Source: Cyanobacteria bacterium UBA947 (GTDB lineage Bacteria; Cyanobacteriota; Vampirovibrionia; Gastranaerophilales; Gastranaerophilaceae). From it: 44,496 nt of DNA. Shown piece by piece: positions 36,803 to 44,496 of this stretch. Under the pieces are notes generated by a model. That model searched no databases, was not told the DNA's origin, and saw nothing but the letters and a program-made list of their open reading frames with translations. The position numbers and the translations under genes were made by a program. The first letter of the stretch is position 1. Every line of letters starts with the position of its first letter. The stretch is taken from positions 5,704-50,199 of the forward strand of contig DBCX01000037.1 of the NCBI GenBank assembly GCA_002293275.1. The letters are read 5' to 3'.

Positions 36803-38148
36803 AACTGATTTTTGAAAAAACCACGCCCGCAGGCGGGATTAACCTTACAGATGAGGTTGTGCATGTTGATTTTATTGCGCCACAGCTGCTGCGCAAAGGC
36901 GAAATCGGTCTGCCGCGTGTGAGCGAGCTGGAAGTCATGCGCCACTACAAAGAGCTTTCCGACCGAAATTTCTGCATAGAAAAAGGGTTTTATCCGCTGG
37001 GTTCGTGCACGATGAAGTACAACCCAAAAGTCAACGAGCTGCTGGCGAATTTGGACGGGTTTGCGAATTTGCATCCGTTATCAAACGATTGTCAAGGCGC
37101 GCTGGAGTTGATGTTCAACCTGCAAGGGGCGCTGGAAGAAATAACGGGCATGGCCGCGGTGAGTTTGCAGCCGGCTGCCGGCGCACACGGCGAATTGACC
37201 GGCATGATGATTGTTAAAAAGTATTTTGAAAGCCGCGGTGAAACGCGCAAAAAAGTTTTGATACCTGACAGCGCGCACGGCACAAACCCTGCGACCGCAG
37301 CGCAATGCGGGTTTGAAACAATCTGCGTGCCGTCAAACGAAAAAGGTCAGGTTGATATTGATGCGCTAAAATCCGTACTGGACAAAGATGTTGCGGCGAT
37401 TATGATGACCAACCCCAACACCCTCGGGATTTTTGAGGAGAATGTTTTGGAGATTTCAAAGCTGATGCACGATAACGGGTCACTGCTTTACTATGACGGC
37501 GCGAATTTGAACGCGGTCATGGGTTATACAAACCCGGCGCTGATGGGGTTTGACATAGTCCACGTTAACCTGCACAAAACCTTTGCCACACCGCACGGCG
37601 GCGGCGGCCCGGGCGCGGGTCCGGTCGGGGTTGTTTCGCGTTTGGCAGAATTCTTACCACCGGTTGTTCAAGCGGAAAATGGAAAATGGAAAATTAAAAA
37701 TGGGGCCCAGTCAATCGGTTCAATGAAAGGTTTCTACGGCAATTTCGGGGTGTTGGTGCGCGCGTACGCGTATATTTTGATGATGGGCGCCAACCTGAAA
37801 ACCGCGAGCGCCGATGCGGTTTTGAATGCGAATTATTTGAAAGAAAAGCTCAAAGGCGCGTACCTGCTGCCTTATGACACAAAATGCATGCACGAGTTTG
37901 TGCTGTCAAGCGACAACACGATGAATATCGCAAAATCGCTGATGAAACACAACATCCACCCGCCGACGGTGTTTTTCCCGCTGATTGTGCCGGGCGCAAT
38001 GATGATTGAGCCGACCGAAACCGAGACCAAAGCGCGGCTGGACGAGTTTGTGCAGATTATGTTGAAGATAAAAGACGCGAGCGCACCGGAAAACAAAATT
38101 GATGAGGTTCGTGCGGTGCGGCAACCGGATTTACGTTATGCAGGTTAA
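36799..38148 (+). CDS. gcvPB: Glycine dehydrogenase (decarboxylating) subunit 2
   Basis: GcvPB sequence throughout (GFYPLGSCTMKYNPK, LQPAAGAHGE, PDSAHGTNPA, PLP-lysine motif NLHKTF, PHGGGGPG). The GTG start overlaps the sigma gene stop (GTGA). Confidence 0.92.
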   Translation: MKLIFEKTTPAGGINLTDEVVHVDFIAPQLLRKGEIGLPRVSELEVMRHYKELSDRNFCIEKGFYPLGSCTMKYNPKVNELLANLDGFANLHPLSNDCQGALELMFNLQGALEEITGMAAVSLQPAAGAHGELTGMMIVKKYFESRGETRKKVLIPDSAHGTNPATAAQCGFETICVPSNEKGQVDIDALKSVLDKDVAAIMMTNPNTLGIFEENVLEISKLMHDNGSLLYYDGANLNAVMGYTNPALMGFDIVHVNLHKTFATPHGGGGPGAGPVGVVSRLAEFLPPVVQAENGKWKIKNGAQSIGSMKGFYGNFGVLVRAYAYILMMGANLKTASADAVLNANYLKEKLKGAYLLPYDTKCMHEFVLSSDNTMNIAKSLMKHNIHPPTVFFPLIVPGAMMIEPTETETKARLDEFVQIMLKIKDASAPENKIDEVRAVRQPDLRYAG

Positions 38149-39241
38149 AACAAAGAAAAAAGTAACCTTCCCGCATATGGGAACAATAAGCATCGCGTGG
38201 GCGGCCGGGCTGGAAAAGTTCGGGGTGGAGCCGTTTGTGCCGCCATATACCAGCAAAAAAACGCTGTCGCTGGGCACAAAGCACTCACCCGAGGCTATTT
38301 GTCTGCCGTATAAACTGATTTTGGGAAACTTTATTGAGGCGATTGAAAAAGGAACAGACTACACCGCGATGATAAGTTCGCCCGGCATTTGCCGCCTGGG
38401 CGAGTACGGCAGCTGCATCCACAACGCGCTGAAAGATATGGGGTATGACGCAAATTATATTGAGCTGCAGCTTTATGACGGGATTGCGGGGATGTACCGG
38501 TTCGCAAAGGAAATCACCGGCAGCAAAAACCCGTTTATGCTGATAAACGGTGTTGTCCACACCTTGCGGATGATATTTTTGCTTGATGATTTGGAGGCGC
38601 GGCTGGCATATCTGCGCGCGCGTGAGATTAAAACGGGCGAGGCGCAAAAGAATTTTGACAAGGCGCTTGAACGCGTCAAGGCCGGCGGAAACCTGAAAAA
38701 AATGAAGCGCGAAGCGTTTGAGATTTTGAATAAGACCAAAATCGACCCGGAGCGCGAGGTGCTGCATGTTGATTTAACCGGTGAGATTTATCTGGTATGC
38801 GACAGTTTTTCCAACCAAAATATTATGGCAGAGCTTGGCAAGATGGGTGTTGAGGTTCGCCGGAGTCTGACGGTGAGCGGGTTTTTGAAGGATGCGATTA
38901 TCCCGAAGATTTTCCGCAAGGGCGAAACCCACTTGCAGCGGGCATTCAGGCTTGCAAAACCTTATTTGATGCGAGATATTGGCGGTGACGCGCTAGAATG
39001 CGTCTCGGATGTGGCCTACGCGCACCAACGCGGGGTTGACGGGTTGATCCATGTGAGCCCGTTCACGTGCATGCCTGAGATTATGTCGCAAAACATTTTC
39101 CCCGCGATGCGCGAGGACATGGATATCCCGATTTTGCCGTTGATTATGGACGAGCAGACGGGCAAAGCCGGGTATTTGACGCGGCTTGAGGCGTTCGTTG
39201 ATTTGATGCGCCGCAAGAAAAGAATCAGCGCGGCGGCGTAA
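38138..39241 (+). CDS. Acyl-CoA dehydratase activase-related protein (DUF2229-like)
   Basis: The N-terminal pattern FPHMGTISIAWAAGLEKFGVEPFVPPYTSKKTLSLGTKHSPEAICLPYKLILGNF matches the DUF2229 domain as I remember it. The ATG at 38138 overlaps the gcvPB 3' end by 11 nt. Confidence 0.65.
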   Translation: MQVKTKKKVTFPHMGTISIAWAAGLEKFGVEPFVPPYTSKKTLSLGTKHSPEAICLPYKLILGNFIEAIEKGTDYTAMISSPGICRLGEYGSCIHNALKDMGYDANYIELQLYDGIAGMYRFAKEITGSKNPFMLINGVVHTLRMIFLLDDLEARLAYLRAREIKTGEAQKNFDKALERVKAGGNLKKMKREAFEILNKTKIDPEREVLHVDLTGEIYLVCDSFSNQNIMAELGKMGVEVRRSLTVSGFLKDAIIPKIFRKGETHLQRAFRLAKPYLMRDIGGDALECVSDVAYAHQRGVDGLIHVSPFTCMPEIMSQNIFPAMREDMDIPILPLIMDEQTGKAGYLTRLEAFVDLMRRKKRISAAA

Positions 39242-39258
39242 CGGCCAAATAACGGATT

Positions 39259-39284
39259 AAAAAAGCCCCTTTCGGGGCTTTTTT
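39259..39284. terminator. Bidirectional rho-independent terminator
   Basis: A6-GCCCC-TTTC-GGGGC-T6, between convergent genes. Confidence 0.8.
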
Positions 39285-39294
39285 AATATAATAT

Positions 39295-40722
39295 TTACGG
39301 CAATTGATCTCCAAAGAACCAAACCGCTTTAAGATTATCTAATGTACCCTTATTATTATGTGAAGTTTTCAATATATTATCAATAATTTCAGGTGTCATT
39401 TTACCTCCATTTGCCATTATTGTTGGCTCGTGCCTGCTCATAGTTCTCACAATATAGTCAACTTGTCCCTTTGTAATATCATCTAAATTATGAAAATTAT
39501 CACATAATCCTATAAAATCATCTGCGTCATCCAATCTTGTGATAAGAAAATTTTCTCGATTTCCTGTTCCTAATTGTACACGGTGTGTAACTCCTCCAAT
39601 CTCGTCAACGATATCGCCGCTGAGCTGATCAAAGGTAACTTGTTTACGGTGTACAGGTTTATGGTAATCGCCAAAATCATCGTTTACTGTCACTTTGATT
39701 TGTTTATTGTTTGCATCTATGTGTGTTTTGTGTATATTATATACGCCGGCATCTTGTTCATTCGTTAAATATTCTACGACTCCGTCTTTTGCTTTAATTG
39801 ATGCATCAAAACCTTGTCCCAGGAGATAAGTTTCATACGTTGGCGCCAATTTTCCGGTCGCAACACCAATACTTTGCGGTGTTACTTGAATATTCTTAAT
39901 CATTGCTTGTGCCGTATTCAATCCTTCAGGGTTGGCTGCCGCAACCCCGGCTTTATGTGCCGCCTCAAGCGATGATTTCGCGGTTGCAGCCGACGCAGCA
40001 AGCATCATACCGCCGCTGAACAGCTCAGTACCGCCTTTTTGGGCTTCTTCTTCGGTATCGGCAGTCGCAATGTCATACACACCTTTTGTGGTTAAACCCG
40101 TACCGACAACTGTTCCTGCTGCGTTAGCCACAGGAGCCAAAGCACCGGCCACTTTAGCAGGTATAGCCGCAGCAGCAGCCCCGGCTGCCAAGACACCTGT
40201 TGAAAGGAAACCAAGCCCTTCAAGAGTTGTAGCCGTATCTACAATATCTGCGCCGCCTTTGACCGCATTCCAGAGCCTTTCTCCGAGCGAAAGCTTTTCG
40301 TCGTTGCCGTCGTCCACTTTGGCGTCAACCTTTTCAGACCAATTCTTAATCGGGTCCTTAATCTTGTTTAAAGGGTTTGCTTTTGCGTCAATTCTGACAA
40401 ATCTTTGATGGGTCGCATTCAAAAAACTGCCGATGCTGTCCACATCTTTGTAATCTTGTTTAAAACCTTCTTTGATACCTGATAAAAGTTCAGAAACAGC
40501 GTTTGGTTTGCTCTTGCTGATAATTGCTTCCGCTTCGTCAATTTCTTGCGTGGTCATTATGGACGGCTGCTTATCTGATTTTTTAACCAGTGATGTTTCA
40601 TCATAAAATGATGGCGACGGTGTTGTGCCCGGCTGCTTATTTAACCATTTAGTCCTAACTGATTCTTCATACAATGATGCCACGGTTGAAGATTGTGTGT
40701 TTACTTTACTAACGTCTGCCAT
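39295..40722 (-). CDS. Hypothetical 475-aa protein with a Gly/Ala-rich hydrophobic centre and an AT-rich C-terminal module
   Basis: Long ORF with no signal peptide. Central region: GLGFLSTGVLAAGAAAAAIPAKVAGALAPVANAAGTVVGTGL. No recognised domain. Confidence 0.7.
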   Translation of the reverse strand: MADVSKVNTQSSTVASLYEESVRTKWLNKQPGTTPSPSFYDETSLVKKSDKQPSIMTTQEIDEAEAIISKSKPNAVSELLSGIKEGFKQDYKDVDSIGSFLNATHQRFVRIDAKANPLNKIKDPIKNWSEKVDAKVDDGNDEKLSLGERLWNAVKGGADIVDTATTLEGLGFLSTGVLAAGAAAAAIPAKVAGALAPVANAAGTVVGTGLTTKGVYDIATADTEEEAQKGGTELFSGGMMLAASAATAKSSLEAAHKAGVAAANPEGLNTAQAMIKNIQVTPQSIGVATGKLAPTYETYLLGQGFDASIKAKDGVVEYLTNEQDAGVYNIHKTHIDANNKQIKVTVNDDFGDYHKPVHRKQVTFDQLSGDIVDEIGGVTHRVQLGTGNRENFLITRLDDADDFIGLCDNFHNLDDITKGQVDYIVRTMSRHEPTIMANGGKMTPEIIDNILKTSHNNKGTLDNLKAVWFFGDQLP

Positions 40723-40931
40723 TTTTTAATACTCCTCGTTTATTTCACTTATATATAAAGTATATACGCGCACAAAAATTACCTGAACAGGTATGGCTCT
40801 CTTCATATTATATCGGAAGCTACGACAGGGTTTTGGCCTGTTTGAAACTCATATTTACAATTTGTCACAATTGCAATATAACTTAATAATTCGGCTATTT
40901 AAAAAAATCTTCTTTGTTGTACAATTAAAAT

Positions 40932-41750
40932 ATGAGAGAACATTTTAAAGGTGCGTTGGAGATAACAAACAAAAACCTGTCGCTTGCCGCGGCGCTGGTG
41001 CTGGTTTTGCTTGTTTTGAGCGTTTATCTGGGTTTTGCATCTTTTACGGTTGACACGGCGCTTGAGGCGGGTTTGTCGTTTGTGACGCTGTTGTTTATCG
41101 TGAGCGCGTTTGCGTCCGGCTGGTTTTATATGGTGAAAACGGCGGTGCTGGACAACAATATCGGAAACTATATCTGGAAAAGCATCCCTGACGGGGTGGG
41201 TAAATATTTTGGCAGCTTTGTGGGTGCGGCGGTTATTTTTGCGGTGATGGCGGCGCTTTACGGTGCTGGCGTTGTGTGGCTCGGGACGACTCTTTTCGGG
41301 GTGCTTGATTTTGACCCGGAACTTCTGCGCAGCGCGATGATTTCGCCTGAGGGGATGAAGTTGTTTTTGAACTCTCTGACCGATGCGCAAATCCGGCAGC
41401 TCGGCAGCTGGAATCTGCTTTTGGTACTGGCGGTGTGGGTATCGTCGTTCGTTTTGATGTTTTGGGTGCCGCAAATGCTTTATTCAACAAAAAATCCGGC
41501 CGCCGCGCTGTGGAAATCCGTTAAAAAAATCTTCAAAAACCCGGTGCCGGCGCTGAAACTGTTCTTTTTCATAATCGTGTTGAACTTTGTGATGTCTTTG
41601 CTTAACGGGCTGGCGATGCGCAATCAGGCGGCGCATTTTCTCGCGAATCTGGTGTATTTCTATTTAACAACCTATGTTGTTGTGTTACTATTTAGTTATT
41701 ATGAAAAAAATTATAGCGGTTGTGGGTCCAACGGCGAGCGGCAAGAGTGA
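40932..41750 (+). CDS. Polytopic membrane protein, hypothetical
   Basis: 272 aa with about 6 hydrophobic segments. Its 3' end overlaps the miaA start by 50 nt. No clear Shine-Dalgarno. Confidence 0.6.
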   Translation: MREHFKGALEITNKNLSLAAALVLVLLVLSVYLGFASFTVDTALEAGLSFVTLLFIVSAFASGWFYMVKTAVLDNNIGNYIWKSIPDGVGKYFGSFVGAAVIFAVMAALYGAGVVWLGTTLFGVLDFDPELLRSAMISPEGMKLFLNSLTDAQIRQLGSWNLLLVLAVWVSSFVLMFWVPQMLYSTKNPAAALWKSVKKIFKNPVPALKLFFFIIVLNFVMSLLNGLAMRNQAAHFLANLVYFYLTTYVVVLLFSYYEKNYSGCGSNGERQE

Positions 41751-42555
41751 TTTTGCGGTTGATTTGGCGCTGCGCATTGGCGGCGCGGAGGTAATTTCCG
41801 CGGACTCACGGCTGGTTTACAAAGGTTTCAACATAGCGGCGGCAAAACCCGGGGTAAACGACATGAGAGGTGTCCGGCACCACCTGATTGACGTGACAGA
41901 GCCCGAAACCGACTTTTCCGCAGGGCTGTGGGAAAAGATGGCGCGCGCCGCAATTGATGATATAACCTCGCGCGGCAAAACACCCATTATCGCAGGCGGC
42001 ACGGGGTTGTATTTCAGGGTGCTGCTTGAAAACTGGCAGTTGGCGGATTTTGAACCCGACTTGGACGAACGCGCCCGGCTGCAAAAGTTGAGCAATTTGG
42101 AATTACACGACAAGCTGCGCAATTTGGACGAGGCCGCCGCGCTGAAAATCAACCCCGCGGACAAAAAAAAGCTCATCCGCGCCATAGAGATTGGGGGGGC
42201 ATCTAAAAAACCCACCGTAAAAGAACCTGAGTTTGACGTGGAATGGATTGGGTTGAATTTTGAGCGCGCAGAGCTTTATGAGCGTATTGACAGGCGCGTG
42301 GATTTGATGATTGAGCGCGGACTGGTTGACGAAACCCGTGCGCTGATTGCAAAACACGGACGGATAAAAAACATCACCGACACGATCGGCTACAAAGAAA
42401 TCCTGGCGCACCTTGACGGGGAGTTGAGTTTGGGGCAGGCCGCCGAACTGCTTAAAAAAAACACCCGCAACTACGCCAAACGCCAGCTGACGTGGTTCCG
42501 GCGCAACGAGTTGATTAACTGGAATATTTATCCCGAGCGCTCCGGGCGCTTATGA
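41701..42555 (+). CDS. miaA: tRNA dimethylallyltransferase
   Basis: The ATG at 41701 gives MKKIIAVVGPTASGKS (P-loop). Typical MiaA sequence follows (HHLIDV, GGTGLYF, YAKRQLTWFR). Confidence 0.92.
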   Translation: MKKIIAVVGPTASGKSDFAVDLALRIGGAEVISADSRLVYKGFNIAAAKPGVNDMRGVRHHLIDVTEPETDFSAGLWEKMARAAIDDITSRGKTPIIAGGTGLYFRVLLENWQLADFEPDLDERARLQKLSNLELHDKLRNLDEAAALKINPADKKKLIRAIEIGGASKKPTVKEPEFDVEWIGLNFERAELYERIDRRVDLMIERGLVDETRALIAKHGRIKNITDTIGYKEILAHLDGELSLGQAAELLKKNTRNYAKRQLTWFRRNELINWNIYPERSGRL

Positions 42556-42567
42556 TATAATAATCAA

Positions 42568-43095
42568 ATGAGCACGGTATTTGTGACAGGAACAGGCACG
42601 GATGTGGGCAAAACGCACGTTTGCGCGCATCTTTTGGAAAAAACGCCGGGTGCGGTGTACTACAAACCCGTTGCCTCAGGCGGCGGCGAGCGTATCAACG
42701 GTGTCAGATCCTACGTTTTTGAACCTGCCGTATCGCCGCATCTTGCCGCGCGCATGGCGGGCGTTAAAACCGCCAAAGAGAAAATCGCCGCGGATTTTGC
42801 CGCGATTGACGCGCCGCACGTAATCATTGAGGGAGCGGGCGGGATTTTCACACCGCTTGGCGACGACTTGAACCAAATTGACATTATCAAAATGCTCAAT
42901 CTGCCGCTGATTATCGTTGCAGATGCAGGGCTTGGCACAATCAACGCAACGGTTTTGACGCTAGATTATGCCAAAATCCGCGGTATCAAAGTAAAAGGCG
43001 TCATCTTGAACCGCTACGACGAAACCAACTTTGTCCACCGCGACAACAAGGCACAGATTGCAAAACACACCGAGGTGCTTGAATGTCTGGAATAA
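42568..43095 (+). CDS. bioD: Dethiobiotin synthetase (short form)
   Basis: P-loop VTGTGTDVGKT, KPVASG and EGAGG motifs. At 175 aa it is shorter than typical BioD. Confidence 0.85.
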   Translation: MSTVFVTGTGTDVGKTHVCAHLLEKTPGAVYYKPVASGGGERINGVRSYVFEPAVSPHLAARMAGVKTAKEKIAADFAAIDAPHVIIEGAGGIFTPLGDDLNQIDIIKMLNLPLIIVADAGLGTINATVLTLDYAKIRGIKVKGVILNRYDETNFVHRDNKAQIAKHTEVLECLE

Positions 43096-44312
43096 ATTCA
43101 TCGCAAATTTGGCACCCGTGCACGCAGATGAAGGGTTTTGAGCCGATTGTGGCGGAAAGCGCAAGCGGGCTTTATATTTACGACGCGCAGGGCAAAAAAT
43201 ATGCCGATATGATAAGCTCGTGGTGGTGCAACCTGCTCGGACACTGCCACCCGAGGGTAAATGCGGCTGTTAAGGCACAACTTGACAAATTAGAGCACGT
43301 TATTTTTGCAAACTTTACGCACGAAAAAGCGGCCGAGCTTTGCGAGCGGCTCACAAAAATCCTGCCCGCAGGGCTGGAAAAATTCTTCTTCACCGACAAC
43401 GGCTCATCGGCTGTTGAGGCGGCGATGAAGATGAGTTTTCAGTATTTCCGGCAAACAGGCGGCGGACAAAGAACAAAATTTATGGCGCTAAAAGGCGGCT
43501 ACCACGGCGAGACGCTCGGTGCGTTGAGCGCGGGCGCGCTGGACTTGTACGCGCAAAAGTTCAAACCGCTTTTGTTTGATGTAATAAGGCTTGACGAGCA
43601 AAACGCACAAGAGATGTTTGCTGCGCACGGGAGTGAGACCTGCGCGCTGATTGTTGAACCGATAATCCAGATGGCCGCCGGGATGCGGATTTATCCGCCG
43701 GAGTTTTTAAAAAAATTGCGCCAATTGTGCGACCAATACGGCGTGCACCTGATTGCAGACGAAATAGCGACAGGGTTCGGACGCACGGGTAAGATGTTTG
43801 CCTGCGGGGGTAAATGGGACGGGAAGCCCGAAAGCCGCAACAGGGCTGCTGATAGCGGCGTTTGTCCCGATATCATGTGCCTTTCAAAGGGTTTGACGGG
43901 CGGTTATATGCCGATGGCGCTGACTGTGACGACAAACGAGATTTATGAGGCGTTCTACGGCAAAGAACCGTTTTTACACAGCCACACATACAGCGGCAGC
44001 GCGCTTGCGTGCGCGGCGGCCGTGGAGGTGCTGAAAATCTTTGAGGAAGAACCCATTTTGCAAACCGCGCAGGACAACGCGCAGTATTTTGCGCAGCTTG
44101 TTAAGGAAATCTTCCCGAACGCGCGTCACATTGGATTAATCAACGCGTTTGAGCTGCCGAACGCAGCCGAATTCGCACGGCGCGCGACAGAAAAAGGTGT
44201 GCTGATGCGCCCGCTCGGTGACGTTTTATACTTCAACCCGCCGCTAAACATTGAACGATACCAGATGGAAGAAGTAATTGAAATCACCTCAAAACTTGTC
44301 GGAACAATTTAG
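43083..44312 (+). CDS. bioA: Adenosylmethionine-8-amino-7-oxononanoate aminotransferase
   Basis: Class III aminotransferase with IWHPCTQMK, LIADEIATGFGRTGKMFA, and a PLP lysine in CLSKGLTGGY. Overlaps bioD by 13 nt. Confidence 0.92.
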   Translation: MSGINSSQIWHPCTQMKGFEPIVAESASGLYIYDAQGKKYADMISSWWCNLLGHCHPRVNAAVKAQLDKLEHVIFANFTHEKAAELCERLTKILPAGLEKFFFTDNGSSAVEAAMKMSFQYFRQTGGGQRTKFMALKGGYHGETLGALSAGALDLYAQKFKPLLFDVIRLDEQNAQEMFAAHGSETCALIVEPIIQMAAGMRIYPPEFLKKLRQLCDQYGVHLIADEIATGFGRTGKMFACGGKWDGKPESRNRAADSGVCPDIMCLSKGLTGGYMPMALTVTTNEIYEAFYGKEPFLHSHTYSGSALACAAAVEVLKIFEEEPILQTAQDNAQYFAQLVKEIFPNARHIGLINAFELPNAAEFARRATEKGVLMRPLGDVLYFNPPLNIERYQMEEVIEITSKLVGTI

Positions 44313-44327
44313 CCCCGATTTCGTCTT

Positions 44328-44435
44328 TTAACTTGACTGACTATGGAGCGTTGTCAAATCCTCCCAAATTTCAGGCGCAACGAACAGCGCAGTGTAAGTA
44401 ACAAAACCAGCTAAAACAAAACCCATAGAGAACAT
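44328..44435 (-). CDS. Possible 35-aa hydrophobic micropeptide
   Basis: MFSMGFVLAGFVTYTALFVAPEIWEDLTTLHSQSS. On this strand it is preceded by TATAAT-like hexamers and a G10 tract 6 nt upstream of the ATG. Support is weak. Confidence 0.2.
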   Translation of the reverse strand: MFSMGFVLAGFVTYTALFVAPEIWEDLTTLHSQSS

Positions 44436-44496
44436 AGAATACCCCCCCCCCTATCATTTATTATTATAACATATTATAATGAGGAAAAGAGGAAAT

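Noticed and set aside
40899-41474. 191-aa minus-strand ORF extremely rich in R/H/K/Q
   Set aside because: It is antisense to the polytopic membrane-protein gene, and its composition mirrors the complement of hydrophobic codons. It has no Shine-Dalgarno or domain.

Overview
This is a densely coded 44.5-kb chromosomal segment from a diderm-type bacterium, indicated by lpxK and an MlaD/MCE gene. The exact taxon cannot be determined from this window. All calls rest on motif recognition by eye plus the ORF track; no searches were run. Housekeeping blocks: 7TM-HD(yqfF-like)-ybeY-dgkA; MCE-lpxK-nth on the minus strand; a secreted protein with an M48 peptidase; coaD; rpmG-tRNA(Trp)-secE-nusG-rplK-rplA; tmk; gyrB-adk-map on the minus strand; clpC; Pit transporter with its DUF47 partner; a GAF-GGDEF-HD-GYP protein; rpmB-(HTH/coiled-coil)-recA; sigma factor-gcvPB-DUF2229-like; miaA; bioD-bioA. 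I saw no rRNA, CRISPR array, transposase, integrase or reverse transcriptase. AT-richer islets of small orphan genes sit between the core blocks (about 24.5-25.1 kb, 29.6-30.9 kb, 33.4-34.3 kb and the 3' third of the 39.3-40.7 kb gene). These include two paralogous divergent pairs of tiny HTH regulators. The most unusual signal is a short conserved N-terminal peptide, M[KR]I-x2-I ... [AS]F[RS]G. Four otherwise unrelated proteins without classical signal peptides carry it: a 1227-aa GH13-like enzyme with a roughly 400-aa insertion, two tandem CheR-type methyltransferases, and a 122-aa unknown protein. This suggests an undescribed targeting or processing tag. Other leads: a 513-aa protein with helical termini and a D/N/Y-rich core; a translationally coupled sigma-gcvPB-DUF2229 operon; a recA-coupled HTH/coiled-coil gene preceded by a palindrome; an 88-nt long-stem element downstream of recA; duplicated L1-leader-like hairpins with compensatory changes; and homopolymer tracts.
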